Shown here piece by piece: positions 18,581-28,448 of a DNA stretch of 64,000 bases. Each line of letters begins with the position of its first letter. Position 1 is the stretch's first letter. The translations under genes were made by a program, and so were the position numbers. This DNA is from an uncultured delta proteobacterium (GTDB lineage: Bacteria > Myxococcota_A > UBA9160 > UBA4427): NCBI GenBank assembly GCA_963822965.1, contig CAWGJT010000006.1, positions 320,001 through 384,000 on the forward strand, in the 5' to 3' direction. The notes under the pieces were generated by a model, which saw nothing but the letters and a program-made list of their open reading frames with translations, searched no databases and was not told the DNA's origin.

Positions 18581-19525
18581 GTGAAGATCCTCCTCGCCAG
18601 CCCGCGCGGCTTCTGTGCCGGCGTGGACCGCGCCATCGAGATCGTCGAGAGGGCGCTGGAGCGCTTCGACGAGCCCGTCTACGTCCGCCACGAGATCGTC
18701 CACAACCGGCACGTGGTGGACCGCCTGCGGGAGAAGGGCGCCGTCTTCGTCGACGAGCCCGAGGATGCGCCCCGGGAGGCCCGCCTCATCTTCAGCGCGC
18801 ACGGCGTCTCCCAGCGGGTTCGCAGCGCCGCCGAGCAGGCCCGGCTGCAGACCATCGACGCGACCTGCCCCCTGGTCACCAAGGTCCACAACGAGGTGAA
18901 GCGGCTGGTCTCCGAAGGCCACCAGATCGTGATGATCGGCCACTCCGGCCACGTCGAGGTGGAGGGCACCATGGGACAGGCGCCCGAGGACATGCTGCTG
19001 GTGGAGACGGTGGACGACGTGGCGCTCCTCCAGGTGCGCGATCCCGACCGCCTCGGCTGCGTCACCCAGACCACCCTGTCCGTGGACGACACCCGCGACA
19101 TCCTCGACGCCCTGCGATCGCGCTTCCCCCGGATCGTGCTGCCGAAGCGCGACGACATCTGCTACGCGACGCAGAACCGGCAGGACGCCGTCAAGCAGCT
19201 CGCCCACGAGGCGCAGCTCGTGCTCGTCGTCGGTGCGCCCGCTTCCTCGAACAGCAATCGTCTGGTCGAGGTGGCCGCCAAGCGGGGCGTCGAGAGCCAC
19301 CTGATCCAGAACGTCGAGGACATCGATCCGGCCTGGCTGGCGGACGTGTCGTGCGTGGGGGTCACGGCCGGCGCCTCGACGCCGGAGTTCCTGGTCGAGC
19401 AGGTGGTCGAGCACCTGCTGGCGGTCGGCGGTCCGGACAGCGAGGTCGCGACCCGCGGCAACGTCGAGGAGCACGTCACCTTCAAGCTGCCGGCGGAGGT
19501 GCGCCACGACGGCGAGCCGGCCTGA
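18581..19525 (+). CDS. ispH: 4-hydroxy-3-methylbut-2-enyl diphosphate reductase
   Basis: [49 protein letters not shown]. Confidence 0.97.
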   Translation: MKILLASPRGFCAGVDRAIEIVERALERFDEPVYVRHEIVHNRHVVDRLREKGAVFVDEPEDAPREARLIFSAHGVSQRVRSAAEQARLQTIDATCPLVTKVHNEVKRLVSEGHQIVMIGHSGHVEVEGTMGQAPEDMLLVETVDDVALLQVRDPDRLGCVTQTTLSVDDTRDILDALRSRFPRIVLPKRDDICYATQNRQDAVKQLAHEAQLVLVVGAPASSNSNRLVEVAAKRGVESHLIQNVEDIDPAWLADVSCVGVTAGASTPEFLVEQVVEHLLAVGGPDSEVATRGNVEEHVTFKLPAEVRHDGEPA

Positions 19526-19565
19526 GCCGCCCTTCGTTCCGTCGCTGCCCGCGGTCGGGGCGCCG

Positions 19566-21866
19566 TCAGGCGAGGCTGCCGGCGGACTCCTTCGTGTCCT
19601 GGAAGTCGAAGCGGAAGCGCCGGCCCTTCTCGGCGGCGGGGTCGTCTTCCGCCACCACCCGGACGCGGCCACCCTTCTCGAGTCGGCCGAAGAGCACCTC
19701 CTCGGTCAGGGGGTCCTTGATCTCCCGTTGGATCACCCGGGCCAGGGGGCGGGCGCCGAAGTCCGGGTCGTAGCCCTTCTCGGCCAGCAGCTGGCGCGCC
19801 GATTCGGCCAGCTCGATGGTGATGCGGCGCTCCCGCAGCTGCTCCTGCAGCTCGCCGACGAACTTGTCGACGACGCGCTCCATGACCTCGGGCCGCAGGT
19901 TCTGGAAGAAGACGACCTCGTCGAGGCGGTTCCGGAACTCCGGGCTGAAGATCTTCTCGACGGCCTCGCGCCCGTCGCCCACGCGCCCCCCGGCGAAGCC
20001 GATGGACTGGGTGGTCATCTCCCGGGCGCCCGCGTTGGACGTCATGATGAGCGTCACGTGCCGGAAGTCGGCTTCGCGACCCTGGTTGTCCGTGAGGGTC
20101 GCGTGGTCCATCACCTGCAGCAGCACGTCGTAGATGTCCGGATGCGCCTTCTCGATCTCGTCGAGTAGCAGCACCGCGTAGGGCTGCTTCCGGATCTGCT
20201 CGATCAGCATGCCTCCCTGGTCGTAGCCCACGTAGCCCGGGGGCGCGCCGATGAGACGGGAGACCGCGTGCTTCTCCATGTACTCGCTCATGTCGTACCG
20301 CAGGAACGGCACGCCGAGGACCTTCGCCAGCTGCTTGGACAGCTCGGTCTTGCCCACGCCCGTCGGACCCGTGAACAGGAAGCAACCGATGGGTCGGTCC
20401 ACCCCGCCGAGGCCCGCCCGGGAGCGCTTCACGGCCCGGGCCACGAGCTCCACCGCCGCGTCCTGGCCGAAGACCACCCGCCGCAGCGAGTTCTCGAGAT
20501 CCTCGAGACGGCTCTTCTCCTCGCCCGCGGTCCGCTCGAGCGGCACCTGCGCCATGCGCGCCACCACGCGCTCCACGTCGCGCACGCCCACGGTCTTGCG
20601 CGGGCGCGCGGAAGGTCGCAGGCGCACGGCGGCGCCGGTCTCGTCCATGACGTCGATCGCCTTGTCCGGCAGGAAGCGGTCGTTCAGGTGGCGCACCGCG
20701 AGGTCCACGCAGGCCTTGAGGGCCGCCCCCGTGAAGCGCACCCCGTGGTGCTCCTCGTAGCGGGGCGCCAGCCCCTTGAGGATGCGGACGCACTCCTCCT
20801 CCGAGGGCTCGGGCACGTCCACCTTCTGGAATCGGCGGGAGAGCGCCCGGTCCCGCTCGAAGTGGCGGTACTCCTGGTAGGTCGTCGAGCCCATGCAGCG
20901 CAGCTTCCCCTCGGAGAGGATCGGCTTCAGGAGGTTCGACGCGTCGACAGTGGTGCCCTGGGCGGAGCCCGCCCCCAGGATGGTGTGGATCTCGTCGATG
21001 AACAGGATGGGATGCTCCTGCTTGAGGAGCTCGTTCATCAAGGCCTTGAAGCGCGCCTCGAAGTCACCCCGGTAGCGCGTGCCAGCGAGCAGGGCGCCGA
21101 GATCGAGCGAGAAGATCTCGGAGCCCTTCATGTCCTCCGGGACACGCCCCTCGTGGATGCGAAGGGCCAGGCCCTCGGCGAGGGCGGTCTTGCCCACCCC
21201 CGACTCGCCGACGAAGATCGGGTTGTTCTTGCGCCGTCGCGCCAGGATGTGGGTGATGCGCTCGAGCTCGGCTCCGCGCCCGATGAGGGGATCGAGCTGT
21301 CCGGCCGCGGCCCGCTCCGTGAGATTGCTGCAGAAGGCCTGCAGGGGGTCGGCGGGGATCTCGCCCGCCTCCTCGCCGCCGCCCGGGCGCCCCATGAAGC
21401 CTTCGAGCTCGTCCTCGTCCCCGCTCGCCGCCTTGGAGATGCCGTGGGACACGTACTGCAGAACGTCCAGGCGGGTGACCCCCTGGGATCGGAGCAGGGT
21501 GACCGCGTAGGAGTCGGGCTCGTGGAAGAGCGCGGCGATCACGTCGCCCGCCTCCACTTCCTCCTTCTCGGCGCTGACGGTGTGATCGAGGGCGTGCTGC
21601 AGCACCCGATGGAAGGCGATGGTCTGCCGCGTCTCCACCGCGTCCTCGCCGGGCACGCGCTCGAGGTCCTCGTCGAAGAAGCGCTCGAGCTCGTGCTTCA
21701 GGACGTCCACGCGGGCGCCGCTGTTGCGCAGCACGTCGATCCCGTCCTCGTCGTGGCAGAGGGCGAAGAGCAGGTGCTCGACGGTCACGTAGGCGTGCCG
21801 GCGGGCCACGGCCTCGCGGATCGCGGCCTGCACGGTCATCTGGAGCTCTCGGCTGAAGCTACTCAT
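19566..21866 (-). CDS. clpA: ATP-dependent Clp protease ATP-binding subunit ClpA
   Basis: Two AAA+ modules (GESGVGKT, GPTGVGKT), RFLPDKAID, no middle coiled-coil; downstream of clpS. Confidence 0.95.
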   Translation of the reverse strand: MSSFSRELQMTVQAAIREAVARRHAYVTVEHLLFALCHDEDGIDVLRNSGARVDVLKHELERFFDEDLERVPGEDAVETRQTIAFHRVLQHALDHTVSAEKEEVEAGDVIAALFHEPDSYAVTLLRSQGVTRLDVLQYVSHGISKAASGDEDELEGFMGRPGGGEEAGEIPADPLQAFCSNLTERAAAGQLDPLIGRGAELERITHILARRRKNNPIFVGESGVGKTALAEGLALRIHEGRVPEDMKGSEIFSLDLGALLAGTRYRGDFEARFKALMNELLKQEHPILFIDEIHTILGAGSAQGTTVDASNLLKPILSEGKLRCMGSTTYQEYRHFERDRALSRRFQKVDVPEPSEEECVRILKGLAPRYEEHHGVRFTGAALKACVDLAVRHLNDRFLPDKAIDVMDETGAAVRLRPSARPRKTVGVRDVERVVARMAQVPLERTAGEEKSRLEDLENSLRRVVFGQDAAVELVARAVKRSRAGLGGVDRPIGCFLFTGPTGVGKTELSKQLAKVLGVPFLRYDMSEYMEKHAVSRLIGAPPGYVGYDQGGMLIEQIRKQPYAVLLLDEIEKAHPDIYDVLLQVMDHATLTDNQGREADFRHVTLIMTSNAGAREMTTQSIGFAGGRVGDGREAVEKIFSPEFRNRLDEVVFFQNLRPEVMERVVDKFVGELQEQLRERRITIELAESARQLLAEKGYDPDFGARPLARVIQREIKDPLTEEVLFGRLEKGGRVRVVAEDDPAAEKGRRFRFDFQDTKESAGSLA

Positions 21867-21981
21867 CCTGCCCTTTCCGGTTCGACCTTCTCGTCCTGCC
21901 GCCCGTCCTTCCGCGGCCCCTTCGCCCCGGCTCGCGACGCGAGCGCCGCCGCGGGTCCCGACCCGGTCAGGGTAGCCGGCC

Positions 21982-22350
21982 TCATTCCTTCTCGACCCCC
22001 GAGCGGAGCGGATAGCCGCGCTCTTCGGCCGCACGGTGCACCGCGGCGACCTTCGTCTCGGCGATCTCGAGCACGTATACCCCCGCTACGCCCACCCCCC
22101 CGCGGTGGATGGCGAGCATGATCTGCGTGGCCGCCGCGGGGCTCTTGCCGAAGAGCTGCTCGAGGATCTGCACGACGAACTCCATCGGCGTGTAGTCGTC
22201 GTTGAAGAGCAGCACCTTGTAACGCTGGGGCCGGGACGTCTTCGAGCGCGACCGGGTTGCGACCCCACCTTCGCGCTCTCTCGTCGGGCTGGCCGGATCC
22301 TGGGGGGGTTGCTGGCTTCCGCCGCCGGAGGCGGCACGCGCTCTCGCCAT
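21982..22350 (-). CDS. clpS: Clp protease adaptor ClpS
   Basis: YKVLLFNDDYTPMEFVV, IMLAIH, EIAETKV, YPLR. Confidence 0.96.
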   Translation of the reverse strand: MARARAASGGGSQQPPQDPASPTREREGGVATRSRSKTSRPQRYKVLLFNDDYTPMEFVVQILEQLFGKSPAAATQIMLAIHRGGVGVAGVYVLEIAETKVAAVHRAAEERGYPLRSGVEKE

Positions 22351-22446
22351 GGACCCAGGTTAGCGCCTCGTTTCGTGATCGCCCGGTGCTCCGCGGGCCG
22401 CACCGTCGCGAAGCAGCCCGCGCGGGGAGGCGAGGAAGAGCCCCTG

Positions 22447-22663
22447 CTAGCCCCAATGCGTCAGTCGGTGCGCGTCCTGCGTGCCGCAGCCCCTGCCAGC
22501 CCTCGCGGATCGTGCGAGAACGGCGGAACCAGCCCGAGCGCGACAACCTCACTCCCATGAGGTCCCGGCGTCGGGCTCGGATCGCGGCACGGACCGAGCA
22601 AGACGCAGCGATTCGCCGGGCATTGGGAGTTGCGCCCTGATCCGCATGACGGATCAGGGCTAG
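22447..22663 (-). mobile_element. ~212-bp CTAG-bounded non-coding repeat (MITE/REP-like), copy 1
   Basis: Reverse complement aligns end to end with 36959-37382 units; CTAGCCC...GGGCTAG termini. Confidence 0.8.
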
Positions 22664-22672
22664 ACTGCGCGG

Positions 22673-23818
22673 ATGGCCGACGTCGAGGTCGCGGAAGGCG
22701 TCGCCGCCCTCCCCCGCGATGACTGGAACGCCCTGGTCGGCGACCAATCGCCGTTCCTCGAGTGGGACTGGCTCGCGTCGCTCGAGGACGCCGGCACGCT
22801 CACGGACCGAACGGGCTGGCTCCCCCACCCGCTGGTGGTGCGCCGCCGCGGGAGGCTGGTCGCCGCCTGTCCGCTGTACGTGAAGGGTCACAGCCAGGGC
22901 GAGTTCGTCTTCGACTGGGGCTGGGCGGACGCCGCCGAGAACGCCGGCATCCGCTACTACCCGAAGCTGCTCGTCGCGGTTCCCTTCACGCCGGTCACCG
23001 GCGCCCGCTTCCTGGTGGCGCCGGGCGAGGACCGGGCCCATTGGACCCGCCTGCTGGCCGCGGCCCTGCGCGAGCTGTGCCTCGCCCAGAGGCTCTCCTC
23101 GGTGCACGTCAACTTCTGTCTCCCCGAGGAGGCCGACGCCCTGGCGGAGAGCGGCTTTCTCACCCGCGTGGGAATTCAGTACCACTGGCACAACGAGGGC
23201 TACGCGAGCTTCGACGACTACCTGGCGCGCTTCCGCAGCAAGCGGCGCAACCAGATCCGCCGCGAGCAGCGCCAGCTCGCCGAGAGCGGCGTGGTCGTGC
23301 GCGCCCTGGCCGGCGACGAGATCGGTGACGAGCTGTTCCGACCCATGTTCGACTTCTACCTCTCGACGATCGAGAGTCGATACTGGGGCCGCCAGTACCT
23401 CAACTACGACGTCTTCGAGGCGGTCCGCGAGCGCTTCCGGGAGCGCCTGGTCTTCGTGGTCGCCTACCAGGACGGCGAGCCCATCGCCGGCACGTTCAAC
23501 GTCGCCAAGGGAGACGCGCTCTACGGCCGCTACTGGGGCGCCACCCGCTTCGTCCGCCATCTCCACTTCAACGTCTGTTACTACGCGGCCGTGGACTACT
23601 GCATCCGGAACGGGCTGACGCGCTTCGAGCCGGGCGCGGGCGGCGAGTACAAGCAGCTCCGCGGCTTCGACGCGCAGCCGACCTGGAGCGCGCACTTCCT
23701 GGCCGACCCGCGGCTGTCCCGCGCCGTGGAGCACTATCTCGAGCGGGAACGCGCCCAGGCCAACCAGCAGGTGGAGTGGATCCGCGAGCGCAGCGCGCTG
23801 AAGCCCGCCGGCCGCTGA
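22673..23818 (+). CDS. GNAT/FemAB-like family protein (DUF482-type)
   Basis: KGHSQGEFVFDWGWA, YYPKLL..PFTPVTG, LYGRYWG, LHFNVCYY, FEPGAGGE. Confidence 0.88.
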   Translation: MADVEVAEGVAALPRDDWNALVGDQSPFLEWDWLASLEDAGTLTDRTGWLPHPLVVRRRGRLVAACPLYVKGHSQGEFVFDWGWADAAENAGIRYYPKLLVAVPFTPVTGARFLVAPGEDRAHWTRLLAAALRELCLAQRLSSVHVNFCLPEEADALAESGFLTRVGIQYHWHNEGYASFDDYLARFRSKRRNQIRREQRQLAESGVVVRALAGDEIGDELFRPMFDFYLSTIESRYWGRQYLNYDVFEAVRERFRERLVFVVAYQDGEPIAGTFNVAKGDALYGRYWGATRFVRHLHFNVCYYAAVDYCIRNGLTRFEPGAGGEYKQLRGFDAQPTWSAHFLADPRLSRAVEHYLERERAQANQQVEWIRERSALKPAGR

Positions 23819-23825
23819 GCGCGAC

Positions 23826-24695
23826 TCAGGCCAGCAACGCTTCGACGCTCGCGGGATCTCCGTCGAAGGGCCCCACGTGGCGCAGCTTCAGGGCGGCGGC
23901 CGCGGCGCCGAAGCGCGCGGCGGAGACCACGTCCCGGCCCTTCAGGCGCGCGAACACGTAGCCCGCCATGAACGTGTCGCCACAGCCCGTGGGGTCGACC
24001 GGCCGCTCGGTGGCCACCGCCCCGACGCGATGCACCTCGTCCCGGTGACATACCACCGAGCCCCGGCCGGCGAGGGTGACCAGCACCTCCTCGGGCCCCC
24101 AGCTCGCGAGCCGGCGGGCCGATCGCTCGGGGTCGCCTTCTCCGGTGAGGACCCGCGCCTCGTCCTCGTCGGCCTTCAGAACGGAGACGCCCGCGAGGCC
24201 GCGCTCCTTCTCGGGCCAGTCCGCCAGCTCCACGCCGCCGCGCACGATGCGGCGGACGAGGCCCTGGACGTCCAGGGAGACCCGGCCGCGTCGCGCCACG
24301 GCCTCGAGGAACTCGAGGGACATGTCGTCGTGGGTCAGCGGGCCCAGGTGGAAGAGGCGCGCCCGAACGTCGCCGAGGTCCGCGGGCACGAACGGCAGCG
24401 CCACGGCGCCCACCCGCTGCACCCGTCGGTCCCGATCGTCGTCGAGGTAGCGGTTCTCGAACTCGGTGGTCTTGGGGCTGTCGGAGCGGGCGACCTCGAT
24501 GCCGAGCTCGCGCTCCCCGGCCAGCAGGGCGTCGGCGTCCTCCTGGGCCATGCGGGTGAGCACCGCCACGTCTCCCCCCAGGCGCGCGAGGGCCAGCGAG
24601 AAGTAGGTGGCGGTTCCGCCGGCGCACTCCAGCCACCCGCTGGGCGTGGCGAGGCGGTCGACGGTCACGTGGCCGATCACCCAGACGTCGTGCAT
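23826..24695 (-). CDS. PfkB/ribokinase-family kinase
   Basis: GGTATY N-terminal motif, LKADEDEA, VDPTGCGDTFMAGY. Confidence 0.88.
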   Translation of the reverse strand: MHDVWVIGHVTVDRLATPSGWLECAGGTATYFSLALARLGGDVAVLTRMAQEDADALLAGERELGIEVARSDSPKTTEFENRYLDDDRDRRVQRVGAVALPFVPADLGDVRARLFHLGPLTHDDMSLEFLEAVARRGRVSLDVQGLVRRIVRGGVELADWPEKERGLAGVSVLKADEDEARVLTGEGDPERSARRLASWGPEEVLVTLAGRGSVVCHRDEVHRVGAVATERPVDPTGCGDTFMAGYVFARLKGRDVVSAARFGAAAAALKLRHVGPFDGDPASVEALLA

Positions 24696-25627
24696 CAGCG
24701 TGCGAGCAGCCTCTCCCGGGCGACCCGCAGGCGCGCGAAGTCCTCTCCGGCGTGATAGGAAGAGCGCGTGAGAGGGCTGGCGGAGACCAGCAGGAAGCCA
24801 CGCTCCCGCGCCGCCGCGGCGAGCGCGTCGAACTCGTCCGGCTCCACGTAGCGATCGACCGGAGCGTGGCGGAGCGTCGGGCGCAGGTACTGCCCGATCG
24901 TCAGGAAGTCGACGTCCGCGGCGCGCAGGTCGTCCATCAACGCATGCACCTCCTCGAAGCGCTCGCCGAGACCCACCATGATCCCCGACTTCGTGAAGAG
25001 CGAGGGATCGCGACGCTTGGCGTTCGCCAGCAGCCCCACGGAGTGCTCGTAGCTGGCGCCCGGGCGGATGCGCCGGTACAGCCGCGGCACGGTCTCGCAG
25101 TTGTGGTTGAAGACGTCGGGCCCGGCGTCCACCACCCGCTCGAGGGCGCCGGGCTTGCGCCGGAAGTCGGGCGTCAGCACCTCGACGGTCGTGTCCGGCG
25201 CCGCGCGCCGCAGGGCTTCGATGCAGCGCGCGAAGTGGCCGGCGCCACCGTCCTCCAGGTCGTCCCGGTCGACGGAGGTGACCACCACGTGCTCGAGGCC
25301 GAGCTCGCGCACCGCGGCGGCCAGATGCTCGGGCTCCGCGGCGTCCACCGGGTCGGGGACGCCGGTCGCCACGTTGCAGAACGCGCAGGCCCGGGTGCAC
25401 ACGCTGCCCAGGATCATCACCGTCGCGTGCTTCTTCGCCCAGCACTCGCCGAGGTTCGGGCAGGCCGCCTCTTCGCACACGGTGTGGAGGCCCTGTCGAC
25501 GCATGAGCTTGCGCGTCTCGTTCACCTCGGGGCCGTGCGAGAGGCGCACCTTCAGCCACGGGGGCTTGCGCGCCGGCCTGTCGGCGGCGTGCGCGGCGTT
25601 GCGGATCTGCAAGAGGTCGTCGGCCAT
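24695..25627 (-). CDS. lipA: lipoyl synthase
   Basis: [26 protein letters not shown]. Confidence 0.97.
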   Translation of the reverse strand: MADDLLQIRNAAHAADRPARKPPWLKVRLSHGPEVNETRKLMRRQGLHTVCEEAACPNLGECWAKKHATVMILGSVCTRACAFCNVATGVPDPVDAAEPEHLAAAVRELGLEHVVVTSVDRDDLEDGGAGHFARCIEALRRAAPDTTVEVLTPDFRRKPGALERVVDAGPDVFNHNCETVPRLYRRIRPGASYEHSVGLLANAKRRDPSLFTKSGIMVGLGERFEEVHALMDDLRAADVDFLTIGQYLRPTLRHAPVDRYVEPDEFDALAAAARERGFLLVSASPLTRSSYHAGEDFARLRVARERLLAR

Positions 25628-25630
25628 GGC

Positions 25631-27034
25631 TCAGATGTGGATGGCCCGCCCGAAGGCCTCGAGCACGGACTCGTGCATCATCTCGGACAGGGTCGGATGC
25701 GCGAAGATGGTGTGCATCAGCTCCGCCTCCGTGGTTTCGAGACCCATGGCGATCACGAAGCCCTGGATCAGCTCGGTCACCTCGGCACCGATCAGGTGGG
25801 CCCCCAGCAGCTCCCCGGTCTTCGCCTCGAAGATCGTCTTGACCAGGCCCTCGGTCTCTCCCAACGCGATCGCCTTGCCGTTGCCCACGTACGGGAAGCG
25901 CCCGATCTTCACCTCGAGCCCCTGCTCGGCGGCCGCCGCCTCGGTGAGGCCCACGCTGGCGATCTGGGGACGGCAGTAGGTGCAGCCCGGAATGCGGTTG
26001 CGGTCCATCGGGTGCAGCCCCTCGACGCCCGCGATGCGCTCCGCCGCCAGCACGCCCTCGTGGGTGGCCTTGTGGGCGAGCCAGGGCGGCCCGGCCACGT
26101 CGCCGATCGCGAACACCCCCGGCTCGCCGGTCTCGCACCACTCGTTCACCACGATGTGGCCCCGGTCGACCGCCACCCCGGTCCCCTCGAGCCCGAGATC
26201 CTCGACGTTGCCGGTGATGCCGACCGCCAGGATCACCCGTTCGGCCTCCACCGTCTTGGTTCCCCCGTCCTCGAACGCGACGGTGGCCACCACGCCGCCT
26301 CCCGAGCGCTCGACGCTCGACACCGTAGCGGCCGTGAAGATCTGCACCCCCTGCTTCTTGAACTGCTTGTGGGCGAACGCCGAGATCTCCTCGTCCTCCA
26401 CCGGGAGGATGCGGGGCAGCGCCTCCACCACCGTCACCTCGGCGCCGAGGTCGCGGTAGAAGCTGGCGAACTCCATGCCGATGGCGCCCGAGCCCACCAC
26501 CAGCACCGACGCGGGCATGGCCTCGGGGACCATCGCCTCCTTGTAGGTCCAGATGCGCTCGCCGTCGGGCTCGAGACCCGGCAGCACCCGGGCGCGCGCA
26601 CCCGTGGCCAGCACCACGTGGGCCGCGCTCAGATCGGCCACCGAAGCGCCGTCCTTCTCCACCGCCACCCGTCCGGGCCCAGCGAGACGGCCGCGCCCGT
26701 CGAACACCTGCACCCCGTTCTTCTTGAGCAGGCTCTTCACGCCGGTGGCGAGACGCTTCGCCACCTTGCGCGAGCGCTGCACGATCCGCCCGACGTCGAA
26801 CGAGACGTCGCTCGCGCTGAACCCGAACTCGTCGAGCCGTCCGAGCAGGTGGTTGATCTCGGAGCTCCGCAGCAGGGCCTTGGTGGGGATGCAGCCCCAG
26901 TTGAGACAGATCCCGCCCAGGTGCTCGCGCTCGACGAGGGCCACCCGCCGGCCGAGCTGGCTGGCGCGGATCGCGGCCGGATAGCCCCCCGGTCCCCCAC
27001 CCACCACGATGACGTCGAAGGCCGACTCCGACAC
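25631..27034 (-). CDS. lpdA: dihydrolipoamide dehydrogenase (E3)
   Basis: GGGPGGY, GGICLNWGCIPTK, HPTLSE. Confidence 0.96.
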   Translation of the reverse strand: MSESAFDVIVVGGGPGGYPAAIRASQLGRRVALVEREHLGGICLNWGCIPTKALLRSSEINHLLGRLDEFGFSASDVSFDVGRIVQRSRKVAKRLATGVKSLLKKNGVQVFDGRGRLAGPGRVAVEKDGASVADLSAAHVVLATGARARVLPGLEPDGERIWTYKEAMVPEAMPASVLVVGSGAIGMEFASFYRDLGAEVTVVEALPRILPVEDEEISAFAHKQFKKQGVQIFTAATVSSVERSGGGVVATVAFEDGGTKTVEAERVILAVGITGNVEDLGLEGTGVAVDRGHIVVNEWCETGEPGVFAIGDVAGPPWLAHKATHEGVLAAERIAGVEGLHPMDRNRIPGCTYCRPQIASVGLTEAAAAEQGLEVKIGRFPYVGNGKAIALGETEGLVKTIFEAKTGELLGAHLIGAEVTELIQGFVIAMGLETTEAELMHTIFAHPTLSEMMHESVLEAFGRAIHI

Positions 27035-27212
27035 GGAAACCTCCCTTCCTTCGTCCCCTCGTCCCTGTCCGCGCTGCGGTCTCCGCGGGCACGGTACCAC
27101 CTTCCGCGGCGGCATCCCGCTCGCAGCCCGCGCCCCGCTCATCGACCGCTTCCGGCGGGCGCTGGAGCCGCGGACGCCTCGGCGCGGATTCCATGCGGGG
27201 TAGACTCGCCGC

Positions 27213-28439
27213 ATGGCAGACAACGGCCCGCTGTCGGGTGTCACGATCGTCGACCTCACCCGGGTGCTCGCCGGCCCGTACTGCACCATGGTCCTCTACG
27301 ACCTGGGGGCCCGGGTGATCAAGGTGGAGCGTCCGGGCACGGGGGACGACGCGCGCACCATCGGCCCCTTCGTGTCGGCGGACCGCGAGGCGGGCGGTGC
27401 CCGGGAGTCCGCCTACTTCCTGTCGCTCAACCGGGGCAAGGAGAGCATCGCCCTCGACCTCCGGGACGACGGCGATCGCGCGATCTTCGAGAAGCTGCTC
27501 GCGAGGGCCGACGTGCTCGTGGAGAACTACCGCCCCGGCACCCTCGAGAAGCTCGGCTACGGCTGGGAGGCGCTCCACCCGCGCTTTCCCCGGCTCGTCT
27601 ACGCGGCCGCGTCGGGCTTCGGACACAGCGGCCCCTACTCGCGAAGGCCCGCCTACGACATGGTGGTCCAGGGGATGGGCGGGATCATGAGCCTCACCGG
27701 GACCCCCGGCGGCCCGCCCACCCGGGTGGGATCGTCGATCGGCGACATCACGGCCGGTCTGTTCACCGCCGTCGGCGTGATCGCGGCCCTCTACGAGCGG
27801 CGGGAGACGGGCGTCGGACGCAAGATCGACGTGGCGATGCTCGACTGCCAGGTGGCGATCCTCGAGAACGCCATCGCGCGCTACCAGGCCACCGGCGAGG
27901 TGCCGGGTCCCCTCGGCTCCCGGCATCCCTCCATCACCCCCTTCGAGGCATTCCGCACCGCGGACGGCTTCGTCATCGTGGCCGCGGGTAACGACGCCCT
28001 CTTCCGGAAGCTGTGCGACACCCTGGAGCGACCCGACCTGGCGGCGCGCGCCGAGTTCGCGAGCAACGAGCTGCGCACGCGTCACCACGATGCGTTGCGC
28101 ATCCTGCTGGAGGACACGCTCTCCCGGGAGGACACCGCCACCTGGCTCGCGCGCCTCGAGGCCGCCGACATTCCCTGCGGGCCCATCAACGACGTGGCCC
28201 AGGTGCTGTCGGACGTCCACGTCCGCGCGCGCAACATGGTGGTGGAGGTGCCGGGCCCGGGCGGCCGCCCGATCTCCATCGCCGGCAACCCGATCAAGCT
28301 CGACGGCGGCGCCGACCCGCCCACCCGCCCGCCGGCGCCGGCCCTCGACGCCGACCGCGACCGGATCCTGCGAGAGCTCGCGGAGCCCGGGCCCGAGCGG
28401 GCCGCCGGCCCCGCACGCCCCGCCCGGGAGAGCCGCTAA
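27213..28439 (+). CDS. CaiB/BaiF family III CoA-transferase
   Basis: DLTRVLAGPYCT, LNRGKESIALD, ENYRPG, PAYD, IGDI. Confidence 0.92.
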   Translation: MADNGPLSGVTIVDLTRVLAGPYCTMVLYDLGARVIKVERPGTGDDARTIGPFVSADREAGGARESAYFLSLNRGKESIALDLRDDGDRAIFEKLLARADVLVENYRPGTLEKLGYGWEALHPRFPRLVYAAASGFGHSGPYSRRPAYDMVVQGMGGIMSLTGTPGGPPTRVGSSIGDITAGLFTAVGVIAALYERRETGVGRKIDVAMLDCQVAILENAIARYQATGEVPGPLGSRHPSITPFEAFRTADGFVIVAAGNDALFRKLCDTLERPDLAARAEFASNELRTRHHDALRILLEDTLSREDTATWLARLEAADIPCGPINDVAQVLSDVHVRARNMVVEVPGPGGRPISIAGNPIKLDGGADPPTRPPAPALDADRDRILRELAEPGPERAAGPARPARESR

Positions 28440-28448
28440 GCTCACCGC

